Origin: Candidatus Sumerlaeaceae bacterium
GTDB lineage: Bacteria > Sumerlaeota > Sumerlaeia > Sumerlaeales > Sumerlaeaceae
Direction: 5' to 3'
Length of the DNA stretch: 64,000 nucleotides
NCBI GenBank assembly: GCA_051003195.1
Contig: JBPCLP010000011.1
Coordinates: 64,001 to 128,000, forward strand
The notes below the pieces were generated by a model. The model had not been told where the DNA came from and did not search any database. It worked only from the letters and a program-made list of their open reading frames with translations. This document shows positions 1 to 8,852 of the stretch, piece after piece. Made by a program: the position numbers and the translations under genes. The stretch's first letter is position 1, and each line of letters starts with the position of its first letter.

Positions 1-169
1 CGGTCCAGTTCGCAACCGGACCATAGCCTGGAGAGCCCGCGGGTGGATTACCTTCAAAACTGCTGTTCACGATCAGCGGTGTTGCCCTGCAGTCCACGAC
101 AGTGCAGACCAACACGACACCCAGTGCAACTTTGCAGGCAAGTCGGCTATAACCAAAAATGTGGTTCAT
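1..169 (-). CDS. Secreted protein, N-terminal part (runs off window start)
   Basis: Not in ORF track. ATG at 169 with AAGGGG RBS; reads MNHIFGYSRLACKVALGVVLVCTVVDCRATPLIVNSSFEGNPPAGSPGYGPVANWT: signal peptide followed by an NxSFE motif typical of CBM-like domains. Confidence 0.7.
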   Translation of the reverse strand, partial: MNHIFGYSRLACKVALGVVLVCTVVDCRATPLIVNSSFEGNPPAGSPGYGPVANWT

Positions 170-396
170 GGCTCTTAGTACCCCTTAGCGAAATTTATTT
201 TGGTCCTGACACTGCGGGGGGGCGCAGAATGTATGCAAGATGCTGGACAAGCGCCCCTGCCGACAGAAACGTCCGTAAATGCTGTGGTACGGCTACAGGG
301 GGTTGACGATTCTATGCGCCAAAGTGTCACGCTCGTGCTCGTTATCGTAATTGTGAAGAGCATCGCGAAGGTGCCGGTCTTGTTTTTGGCAGTTAA

Positions 397-580
397 TTCG
401 GGGACCGTGGGGCCGTTGAAAAAGCCAGAACGAGTCGGGCGCCGACTAATTTCATAAAAACTCGGCTTCGAGATTTCGCTTCTCCGCGACGATCTCACGC
501 CTAAACAACAATTCAGTCCGGTCTATGAGACCATGTGTTTGGATATGCAGGGCTTTTTCAACAGCCCCACCGTCCCCGAA
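397..580. mobile_element. MITE-like element copy 1 (184 bp, 30-bp terminal inverted repeats)
   Basis: Left TTCGGGGACCGTGGGGCCGTTGAAAAAGCC vs right GGCTTTTTCAACAGCCCCACCGTCCCCGAA (2 mismatches); near-identical copy at 4889-5072; no transposase. Confidence 0.85.
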
Positions 581-741
581 CTTAGCCCACCCATTTTTCG
601 GGTGCTGACACCGCCCTGGTCCAGCCGGGTAGCCGGTTTTGTGTAAGAATTTGACACCGAGTTTCGGCCTTTGCTTCCATCGTGAGAATTCGGTATTGTT
701 TGCGGTGCACCGTTGGCCGCGTTGAGGAGGCAGCAGGGGTT

Positions 742-1557
742 ATGTCGTATGCTGATGTTTCACCGAGGCGCGGTTTTGGCGCCACGTCGCGCCGGGATTT
801 GTGGTGGGTTCAGCCATTGGCGGTTTTCCTGGGCCTGTCGGCATTCCTTGTCTATACGACGTGGGCCGCGTTCCAGGGACAGAATTATTTCTACCATGGG
901 GGCGGCGCGCACTACCTTTCGCCATTCTACTCGCCCCTGCTTTTCGGCGAGTCGCATGAGCCGCGCTGGTTCAGTGCCGCTCGGCCCGGCTGGTGGCCGG
1001 GGTGGCTGCCGTTTTCGTCGGCGTTTCTGATTCTCGTTGGCCCGGCGGGGTTTCGGTTTACCTGCTACTACTACCGTGGAGCCTATTACAAGGCGTTCTG
1101 GGCGGATCCTCCAAACTGCTCCGTGGGCGAGCCGCGCAAGACGTACCTTGGTGAGCGGTCGCTGCCGCTGATCCTGCAGAACGTGCATCGCTACTTTTTT
1201 TATTTCGCGGTGCTTTTTATTTTTGTGCTGTTCTACGATGCGCTGCGCGCGATGTTTTTCGAAGGGGGCGATGGGAGGCTGCACTTTGGCATGGGCGTGG
1301 GTTCTCTTGTGCTGCTGATGAACGTGTTTCTGCTGGGCGGCTACACGTTCGGATGCCACTGCCTGCGCCACCTCGTTGGCGGGCGGAAAAACACCCTGGC
1401 TTGCTCACCAGTGCAGAGCAGGTGCTACGACTGCGCCAGCTCGTTGAACCGGAGGCACATGATGTGGGCCTGGCTGAGCCTCGTCTGGGTGGGCTTCAGC
1501 GATGTTTATGTGCGCCTGTGTGCGATGGGTATCTGGACCGACTGGCGGATTTTCTGA
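742..1557 (+). CDS. Succinate dehydrogenase membrane anchor, Sdh1 (Rv0249c-like) type
   Basis: Multi-TM protein with FRFTCYYYR, QNVHRYF, GCHCLRH, LNRRH motifs; stop overlaps sdhA start (TGATG). Confidence 0.85.
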   Translation: MSYADVSPRRGFGATSRRDLWWVQPLAVFLGLSAFLVYTTWAAFQGQNYFYHGGGAHYLSPFYSPLLFGESHEPRWFSAARPGWWPGWLPFSSAFLILVGPAGFRFTCYYYRGAYYKAFWADPPNCSVGEPRKTYLGERSLPLILQNVHRYFFYFAVLFIFVLFYDALRAMFFEGGDGRLHFGMGVGSLVLLMNVFLLGGYTFGCHCLRHLVGGRKNTLACSPVQSRCYDCASSLNRRHMMWAWLSLVWVGFSDVYVRLCAMGIWTDWRIF

Positions 1558-3380
1558 TGCCCGAGTGCGAAATCTGTGAACATGATGTCCTGATTGTGGG
1601 GGCGGGCGGTGCGGGGCTTCGCGCTGCGATTGAGGCTTCGGCAGCGGGGGTATCGGTGGGGGTGATCTGCAAATCGCTGCTCGGTAAAGCGCATACCGTC
1701 ATGGCCGAGGGAGGCATCGCCGCCGCCATGGCCAATGTGGATGAGCGCGATAACTGGAAAGTGCATTTTGCCGACACCATGCGCGGTGGTCAGTACCTGA
1801 ACAATCCGCGCATGGCGGAGCTGCATGCGAAAGAGGCGCCGGAACGCGTGCGCGAACTGGAGGGTTGGGGCGCGTTGTTTGACCGCACGAAAGAGGGCCA
1901 GATCCTTCAGCGGAATTTCGGCGGGCATAAGTATCCACGGCTGGCGCATGTGGGGGATCGCACCGGCCTGGAGATGATTCGAACCCTGCAGGACCACGGC
2001 ATCCACCAGGGCATTACGTTTTATATGGAGTTCACGATCCTGCGGCTGCTGACGGGATCCGGCCGGGTTGCAGGCATCTTTGGTTATGATCGCGAGCGCG
2101 GCAGATTTAAGATATTCAAAGGCCGCGCCGTGGTTCTCGCCACGGGCGGCATCGGGCGTGCGTACAAAATCACCAGCAACAGTTGGGAGTACACGGGCGA
2201 CGGACATGCGCTGGCGTATCATGCGGGCGCCGATCTGATGGACATGGAATTCGTACAGTTCCATCCGACGGGTATGATCTGGCCACCGAGCGTATGCGGT
2301 ATCCTTGTGACGGAAGGCGTGCGCGGAGAAGGAGGCGTGCTGCGCAACAGCGAAGGCGGGCGATTCATGTTCGACGACATCCCGGATCTGTACCGCGACA
2401 CAACGGCGGACAATGAGGAGGAGGGCTGGCGCTACACGCAGGGCGACAGGAACGCCCGCCGCCCGCCGGAGCTGCTGACGCGCGACCATGTGGCGCGGTG
2501 CATCATGCGGGAAGTCAAAGCGGGGCGCGGAACACCGCATGGCGGCGCCTATCTCGATATTTCGTGGATCAAAGACAAGCTTCCCAATGCGGAAGAGCAC
2601 ATCAAGCGCAAGCTGCCAAGCATGTATCACCAGTTCAAGCAACTGGCCGACATCGATATTACAAAACAGCCGATGGAAGTGGGGCCGACCACGCATTACG
2701 TGATGGGCGGCATCCGCGTGAATCCCGATACGCAGATGACAAATGTGGAGGGATTGTTTGCCGCGGGGGAGTGCGCTGCCGGCCTTCACGGCGCAAATCG
2801 TTTGGGCGGCAATTCGCTCTCTGACCTGCTCGTGTTCGGAAAACGCGCCGGTGAATACGCGTCAAAATATGCCGGCGAAGTAGAGGCGGCGGAGATCGAT
2901 AATGCCGAGGCGGAGGATGCCATTGCGCGCGCGCTGTCACCTTTCGACCGCGCGCCCGGTTCCGCAAATGGCGACGGTCCTTACCAGATCCAGTACAGCC
3001 TGCAGTCTATCATGCAGGACCTTGTTGGCATCGTGCGGCGACAGGATGAGATGGAAGGAGCTCTTGCCGAGCTGGAAAAGCTCAAGCGGGCGGCGGCAAA
3101 CGTGCCGGTCACAGGCAACCGCGAGTACAACCCGGGCTGGCACACCGCGCTGGACCTGGATAACCTGCTCGTCGTATCCGAGGCAGTGACGCGTTCGGCT
3201 ATTGAGCGCAAGGAAAGCCGCGGCGGCCACTTTCGTGACGATTTTCCGCAGAAGGACCCGGATTTCGGCAAGTTCAACATTGTCACACGCAAGGGGTCGG
3301 ACGGCTCCATGCAGGTGGCGCGTGAACCCATACCGGAATTGACCACGGAACTGAAGCAGATTATCGAGGAGATGAAATGA
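1557..3380 (+). CDS. sdhA: Succinate dehydrogenase/fumarate reductase flavoprotein subunit
   Basis: GAGGAG FAD motif, AHTVMAEGG, QFHPT, HGANRLGGNSL, ESRGGHFR; start taken at the coupled ATG 1557. Confidence 0.95.
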   Translation: MPECEICEHDVLIVGAGGAGLRAAIEASAAGVSVGVICKSLLGKAHTVMAEGGIAAAMANVDERDNWKVHFADTMRGGQYLNNPRMAELHAKEAPERVRELEGWGALFDRTKEGQILQRNFGGHKYPRLAHVGDRTGLEMIRTLQDHGIHQGITFYMEFTILRLLTGSGRVAGIFGYDRERGRFKIFKGRAVVLATGGIGRAYKITSNSWEYTGDGHALAYHAGADLMDMEFVQFHPTGMIWPPSVCGILVTEGVRGEGGVLRNSEGGRFMFDDIPDLYRDTTADNEEEGWRYTQGDRNARRPPELLTRDHVARCIMREVKAGRGTPHGGAYLDISWIKDKLPNAEEHIKRKLPSMYHQFKQLADIDITKQPMEVGPTTHYVMGGIRVNPDTQMTNVEGLFAAGECAAGLHGANRLGGNSLSDLLVFGKRAGEYASKYAGEVEAAEIDNAEAEDAIARALSPFDRAPGSANGDGPYQIQYSLQSIMQDLVGIVRRQDEMEGALAELEKLKRAAANVPVTGNREYNPGWHTALDLDNLLVVSEAVTRSAIERKESRGGHFRDDFPQKDPDFGKFNIVTRKGSDGSMQVAREPIPELTTELKQIIEEMK

Positions 3381-3410
3381 GTTTTTCCATTGGGAACGGG
3401 AAACTGGCAT

Positions 3411-4166
3411 ATGCCTGAAGCAACATTTCGCATCCGCCGGGGGGATAACAAGTCCAGCGCATATAACGACTACACGACGCGTGTTTCGGAAGGCATGGTG
3501 GTTCTGGATGCCGTGCACCAGATCCAGGCCGAGCCGGCTAACGATCTTTCGGTGCGGTGGAACTGCAAGGCAGGCAAGTGCGGCTCATGTTCGGCCGAGG
3601 TGAACGGCAAGCCGCGGCTCATGTGCATGACGCGGCTTAGCGAGCTGTCGCTGGATGAGCCTGTGACGATCGAGCCGATGAAGGCATTCCCGCTGATCAA
3701 AGACCTCGTGACCGACGTCTCGTGGAACTTTGAGGCGAAGAAAAAGATCAGGAAATTTCGTCCCCGTGCACCTGACACGGCGGATGGCTCGTGGATTGTT
3801 GCACAAAAGGATATCGATCGTGTGCAGGAGTTCCGCAAATGCATTGAATGCTTTCTGTGCCAGGACGTTTGCCATGTGCTTCGCGACCATGCAATGCACG
3901 AGGAGTTCATCGGGCCGCGCCTGCTGGTTTATACTGCCGCGCTGGAGATGCATCCGCTGGACGTTGAAGACCGCGTGGAAGACCTCAGGAAAGGGCATGG
4001 TATCGGCTTATGCAACATCACGAAGTGCTGTACGAAAGTGTGCCCGGAGAATATCACGATCACCGATAACGCAATCATACCATTGAAAGAGCGGGTGGTG
4101 GATCGTTTCTTCGATCCATTGCCTGCGCTCTGGCGCATGGTTCGAGGCAACAGGCGAGCCGGCTAG
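3411..4166 (+). CDS. sdhB: Succinate dehydrogenase iron-sulfur subunit
   Basis: CKAGKCGSC...C, CIECFLCQDVC and CNITKCCTKVCP Fe-S motifs. Confidence 0.95.
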   Translation: MPEATFRIRRGDNKSSAYNDYTTRVSEGMVVLDAVHQIQAEPANDLSVRWNCKAGKCGSCSAEVNGKPRLMCMTRLSELSLDEPVTIEPMKAFPLIKDLVTDVSWNFEAKKKIRKFRPRAPDTADGSWIVAQKDIDRVQEFRKCIECFLCQDVCHVLRDHAMHEEFIGPRLLVYTAALEMHPLDVEDRVEDLRKGHGIGLCNITKCCTKVCPENITITDNAIIPLKERVVDRFFDPLPALWRMVRGNRRAG

Positions 4167-4203
4167 CCGGCTTGCGCAGATACCGATCCGAGGAGAATGA
4201 CGG

Positions 4204-4707
4204 ATGCTGAAGCTGAAGCCGATTTCAATTGATGGAGTTTCCTCGGCACTCGAACGCGCCGAGCGTTACCGTTTGCTCAATGAGCCGGTCGAGGCTGAAA
4301 GCATCTGCCTGGATGTGCTGCAGGTGGACCCCGGGAACCCCGACGCCATCATCACGTTGATACTGGCGCTGACCGACCAGTTCGATGAGCGTCTTGAGAA
4401 TGCGTGCAGCGAAGCTCTTGCGCTGCTGAACCGCCTGGATGATCCCTACACTCAACAATATTACAAAGGGGTGATCTGCGAGCGCCGCGGCAAGGCGCAC
4501 CTGCATCCCGCCGGGCCCCACCATGGACATATTGCGCATGACTGGTACCGCCAGGCAATGGAGTGTTTTGAAAATGCGGAGAAAGTACGGCCCCCGGATA
4601 ACGATGACGCAATTCTGCGGTGGAACACTTGCGCCCGCACCCTCATGCGGTACCCACAGATCTCGCAGCGCGAAGGCGAGCCGGTGGATTCCGAATTGCT
4701 TGAATGA
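4204..4707 (+). CDS. Hypothetical helical (TPR-like) protein, last gene of the sdh operon
   Basis: GAGGAG RBS; AERYRLLNEP..AESICLDVL...LRWNTCAR helical pattern. Confidence 0.75.
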   Translation: MLKLKPISIDGVSSALERAERYRLLNEPVEAESICLDVLQVDPGNPDAIITLILALTDQFDERLENACSEALALLNRLDDPYTQQYYKGVICERRGKAHLHPAGPHHGHIAHDWYRQAMECFENAEKVRPPDNDDAILRWNTCARTLMRYPQISQREGEPVDSELLE

Positions 4708-4741
4708 AGTACAGGAGTGGAAAAGTAGAAGTGTCTTGCTG

Positions 4742-4888
4742 CTACTCCAATATCTGCCATTCTTCGACGGAGCTGACAGTAGGTGTGTAGGTGACGGTGA
4801 GGACCGGCTGCTCGGCGGCAATGCCTTCTGAGGTTGCGTATTCGCGTGCGGATTGCGGCGTCGCTTCCTCCCCGATTATGATCCACCA
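4742..4888 (-). pseudogene. Orphan 3' stub of a secreted DNRLRE-like protein
   Basis: WWIIIGEEATPQSAREYATSEGIAAEQPVLTVTYTPTVSSVEEWQILE*; 5' part replaced by MITE copy 2. Confidence 0.6.
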
Positions 4889-5072
4889 TTCGGGGACGGT
4901 GGGGCCGTTGAAAAAGCCAGAACGAGTCGGGCGCCGACTAATTTCATAAAAACTCGGCTGCGAGATTTCGCTTCTCCGCGACGATCTCACGCCTAAACAA
5001 CAATTCAGTCCGGTCTATGAGACCATGTGTTTGGATATGCAGGGCTTTTTCAACAGCCCCACCGTCACCAAA
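4889..5072. mobile_element. MITE-like element copy 2
   Basis: Near-identical to 397-580, same orientation, same terminal inverted repeats. Confidence 0.85.
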
Positions 5073-5109
5073 TTCCCTTATTATAGATGTCCCTGAGTAG
5101 CGTCCCGAT

Positions 5110-5562
5110 TCACCTGGTTCCTGTTGTAATGGTTACGTTATAGGAATGCGACGTTACGATATTGCGGCCTCCATCAAACTCATCGGGGTTGAAGCGCAAC
5201 ACCCCTACTTCTGGCAGCTTGAGTATATAAGGATCTCCTCCGTGTTTAATGGCTATGGGCGTATAAATCCTGTCCAATAACCTATCCCATCGATTCGGCG
5301 GGATCCGGACGCTGATTTCGCGCTGGAGCGGCGGTTCGCCTTCGGTAACTAAATATGTAAAGTGCAGCCGTGAAAGCTCACTTATTGCTCGGCTATAGTT
5401 GGGCCGGGTTGCTGCTATGGCGTCTAATTGCGCCGCGGCACGGCTGGCGCGCTGAGACGGGCTGAAAACCAGTACCCAGACAGCAAACAAACACAGCCCG
5501 AGAACGGCGGCGGCGAAAATCAGCAGCAAAATTATCTGGGGTTGCTCAGATTTTGGCGGCAT
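5110..5562 (-). CDS. Hypothetical protein with N-terminal TM helix
   Basis: 150-aa ORF, hydrophobic N-terminus. Confidence 0.6.
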   Translation of the reverse strand: MPPKSEQPQIILLLIFAAAVLGLCLFAVWVLVFSPSQRASRAAAQLDAIAATRPNYSRAISELSRLHFTYLVTEGEPPLQREISVRIPPNRWDRLLDRIYTPIAIKHGGDPYILKLPEVGVLRFNPDEFDGGRNIVTSHSYNVTITTGTR

Positions 5563-5623
5563 TCAGTTCGGCTCTGAGCTCGGATTAATCAAGTGATAGC
5601 GCGCGCGTTACCCACAATGGGCA

Positions 5624-6136
5624 CTATTGGCGCGGGAGAGTCGCACTGGTAGCTTGCTGTGGACCACGTGCTTTAAGTTCCTCCATTCGCTGCCGGTAGC
5701 CTGCACCCGCCGCTTCCCACTGGGCGGGTGGTAGCAACGACTCACGTTTTACCAGCAGCTCGGCAATTTTAGAGAGTGGATCACCATTTGTCGTGCCGGC
5801 ATCGTCCACCGCGAGGTGATACAGCTGCTTGTTTATTTCCCGCAACTCGGTAATCGTTGCTTCGGGGACCTTCACCTTTTCTAATTCTGACCCAAGGTAT
5901 CGGTCAAAGTTCGCCGGTTGTACCATGTCTGGTAAGCCGCCGCCCTTCTGCGGCAGCCCGGACTGCTTTCGGGCCTCCTGCGCAATCCGATGGATTTTGA
6001 TAGTTTCCTTAATTCGCGCCTGGTGTTTAACGATTCTCTCTTGTTTCGCCTTTTCTGTGGCAGTTTGGCCCTGCTGCGCCGCGGCCAATCCTGATAAACA
6101 CACTAACAGCGCAGCCATTGATATTCCAAGTTTCAT
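5624..6136 (-). CDS. Secreted hypothetical protein
   Basis: Signal peptide MKLGISMAALLVCLSGLAAA; GAGGAG RBS at the end of the ECF gene. Confidence 0.75.
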   Translation of the reverse strand: MKLGISMAALLVCLSGLAAAQQGQTATEKAKQERIVKHQARIKETIKIHRIAQEARKQSGLPQKGGGLPDMVQPANFDRYLGSELEKVKVPEATITELREINKQLYHLAVDDAGTTNGDPLSKIAELLVKRESLLPPAQWEAAGAGYRQRMEELKARGPQQATSATLPRQ

Positions 6137-6139
6137 CTG

Positions 6140-8665
6140 CTACTCCTCTTTGCGGTATTGGACCAGCGTTATTCCACCTGTGCTTCCCCCTTCTGAAAGG
6201 TTCAGGCGCACGTAGGAATCTTTCGGATCATGTTCATTCGGTACTCCGTAATACTGCCCCAGCCGAACGAACTGCTCACCGGGTGGGACAAAGTTCAGTT
6301 CGAAACTTCCATCCGCAGCAGTCTTCACTGAAGGGGTGTAGTAGCGATTTTCATCTTTCCTGGCCGATGTGGATTGTACACTCGCACCGGCCACCGCCTG
6401 ACCCTTGGTATCAATGACCTTTCCGGTGATTTCGCAAGGATGTGTTAGTTTGATTACTAATCCGTCAACCTCCTGGCCCGGCTCGGTGTGGACCACGGGT
6501 GTAAAACCATTGGCCCACTGGCGCCACTCCTGGTAGGCACCGTCGTGCGCGATTAGATTATAGTTATCTTCGAAGCTCGCCGGCAACGGACACTCAAAAC
6601 TTCCACTGGCGTCCGTTTTTACACTGAAGCGGGTGTCACCAGTGATTGAGTTACCTGTGCCGGTCATCGCCGGCGCCACCGTGGCTCCGCTCACCGGCTG
6701 GCCGTTGGGGTCTACCACTGTGCCACGGAAAGTGGCGGCTTTTTCCATGGTCATGGTGATCGACGTAATGGGAGCGACCAGCTGCACATCCAGGGAATCG
6801 AAATCGCGTTGAAATGATATGTTAGGATTAAAGCCGGAGCGATCTCGCTTTACCCGTTTTGCTGAAGACGGAACTGCGCCCAACCAGAAGCGGGCATAAC
6901 CCTTAGCCTTCACGTCCAGATCCACTTTCGCGGGGATTAGCCCGGCAATTTCTATTAAACCCTTTTCGTTAGCGGTTCCCTTTACTGTCGGGCGCTGCCA
7001 ATCGCTTACTGTCGCCCCGACGACAGGTTCGGAGGTAATACTGTCGATCAGGCGAACCTGGAGGGTTGCGGCTGCTGACAACTGCAGATCGAGCTTTTTA
7101 CCCTCATCCTTGGCGAGCGGAATCCTGGCCATTGTGGTGGCCTCGTTACCCGCTTTGACTTCAAGAGCGTAGGTCGAGGGCGGCAGGTAGATTTTGTACT
7201 GCCCCGCGGCATTGGAATACGCCTCGTACCACACCTCGGTAATTTGGACTCCCTTCCCCTGCTGAATGCCCATGTTCGCCCGCACAAGCGCACCCGGCGC
7301 GGGTTTCCCATTGTGATAGAACACTGTACCTTCTATCCAGGTTCCCTGCTCCAACACGATTGGCTCAGTCAGCACGCCCAGCTTCGGTGCCGGGGTATAG
7401 TAAGGAGTGTATCCATCCTTGCTGACGCGAAAATCAGGTACATTATCCCGCGCGACACCCCCGCAGCGGAACCAGCCATCTCTATTTGTGTAGGTTTCCT
7501 GCCCTGTTGTCCAACTCCAAACATCCACAAGGCAGCCCTCCAGCGGCTTTCCGGCTTTGTCGACGACTCTGCCGCGGATGAACTTGGGCTCCGAGGTATC
7601 GGCATCACCTGGTTTGCTGAGATCGTCAACCAGGGCTGCACCGCCAGCAAGTCCAGGAGTCGGCCGCTGCCCACTCGGCGCTGTAACAATTCCGGGGCCG
7701 GGTGTGTTAGCGGCCGGAGCCGAGCTTCGCGTTGCCGCGCGTGTAGAGGTCGCGATGCTTTCCGCCTCCGGCACGTCCCGATGAGTTCTCGCGTCGCTCG
7801 TTTGCCGGTTCACCGCAACCACACCTGCAACCGTTATGGCTCCTGCTGCCAAAACAGCGGTCACTACACCGCCGGATAGTTTTCCCCCGGCGAACAAACC
7901 GGCCGATTGCAAAGTTGTCGTCGCAGCAAGAACAGCACTATCGGCAGTTGCTTTGACGAGCGCCGACTTTGCCGACGCATTTAACCCGGCTGCCGAAGCG
8001 ACCAGGGCCGTAGCGCCAGCCGTGCTGCGTTGCGACATGCCCGCTAGCCGCCCCGGGGTGGCGGTTAGCTGCTCGCGGAGCTGATTTAGTGCCGCGGTAA
8101 GCTGCCGCCCAACCGTAGCCGGGTGAACGTTCAGGCGGCGGGCGATCTCGCTCTTATGCACATCCTCAAGAAAATGCATTATGACAATTTCACGTTGGGC
8201 CACCGGCAGCTGTTCGACTGCTGCCAGCACGCGACGCTGTTCGTCTTTCTGCTCTGCGGTTTCGCGTGGCGAGCGCCCGCCTGGATCTGGTTCTGTTGGT
8301 GGCAGAGTTTCCATGGAAACGGTTGGCACCAGGCGCGACCTGTTCTGCCCCTTCTCCAGCCACTGTAGCGCCAGGTTGCGGGCAATCCGGTTGAGCCATG
8401 CCGGTAACGTTCGCGCATCCTTGAGCGAACCCAGGTGGAGGTACGCCCGAAGGAATGTCTCCTGCACCAGTTCCTCCGCTGACTCGGGGTCGCGCAGGTG
8501 CGCATACCCAACCGCAAATACCATGTGGTAATAACGCTCCACGATGGAATTGAACTCGCGGTCGGAAGCCCGCGCCTTCTCCACCAGCCGTTCATCTATG
8601 GTGAAATCGTGGTCGGCCGCAGCCGGGCGGGAAAAGAGTCTCATCGATAGTACCGTTTGAGTCAT
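6140..8665 (-). CDS. ECF sigma-70 factor fused to a TM helix and carboxypeptidase-regulatory-like beta-sandwich repeats
   Basis: AEELVQETFLRAY and WLNRIARN (region 2), LPVAQREIVIMHF..EIARRL (region 4); TM helix; repeated GxVVDxxGxPVxGAxV. Confidence 0.9.
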   Translation of the reverse strand: MTQTVLSMRLFSRPAAADHDFTIDERLVEKARASDREFNSIVERYYHMVFAVGYAHLRDPESAEELVQETFLRAYLHLGSLKDARTLPAWLNRIARNLALQWLEKGQNRSRLVPTVSMETLPPTEPDPGGRSPRETAEQKDEQRRVLAAVEQLPVAQREIVIMHFLEDVHKSEIARRLNVHPATVGRQLTAALNQLREQLTATPGRLAGMSQRSTAGATALVASAAGLNASAKSALVKATADSAVLAATTTLQSAGLFAGGKLSGGVVTAVLAAGAITVAGVVAVNRQTSDARTHRDVPEAESIATSTRAATRSSAPAANTPGPGIVTAPSGQRPTPGLAGGAALVDDLSKPGDADTSEPKFIRGRVVDKAGKPLEGCLVDVWSWTTGQETYTNRDGWFRCGGVARDNVPDFRVSKDGYTPYYTPAPKLGVLTEPIVLEQGTWIEGTVFYHNGKPAPGALVRANMGIQQGKGVQITEVWYEAYSNAAGQYKIYLPPSTYALEVKAGNEATTMARIPLAKDEGKKLDLQLSAAATLQVRLIDSITSEPVVGATVSDWQRPTVKGTANEKGLIEIAGLIPAKVDLDVKAKGYARFWLGAVPSSAKRVKRDRSGFNPNISFQRDFDSLDVQLVAPITSITMTMEKAATFRGTVVDPNGQPVSGATVAPAMTGTGNSITGDTRFSVKTDASGSFECPLPASFEDNYNLIAHDGAYQEWRQWANGFTPVVHTEPGQEVDGLVIKLTHPCEITGKVIDTKGQAVAGASVQSTSARKDENRYYTPSVKTAADGSFELNFVPPGEQFVRLGQYYGVPNEHDPKDSYVRLNLSEGGSTGGITLVQYRKEE

Positions 8666-8852
8666 GATGAGAATAAAGATCGGTGAGAAGCGAGTCTATT
8701 GCGGAAACTTTAAACAATCCGTTGCTTTTCTCCGAGATTCCCGCGGCTTGGCCTGCACCTGCGGCTATTCATGTTCGACACCTCCGGTGTCGGGTTTTTC
8801 AACAGCCCCCTGTCCGCTGTTCACGGCACCTGATATCCGGCACCGATTAAAC

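Noticed and set aside
175..498. ORFs 175-498 and 4742-4990 as intact paralogous genes
   Set aside because: Their shared N-terminus is only MITE sequence; treated as element-stub fusions
1506..2789. Long antisense ORFs (also 16292-17575, 20111-21307, 36945-38204)
   Set aside because: Shadow frames opposite well-supported genes in GC-rich DNA
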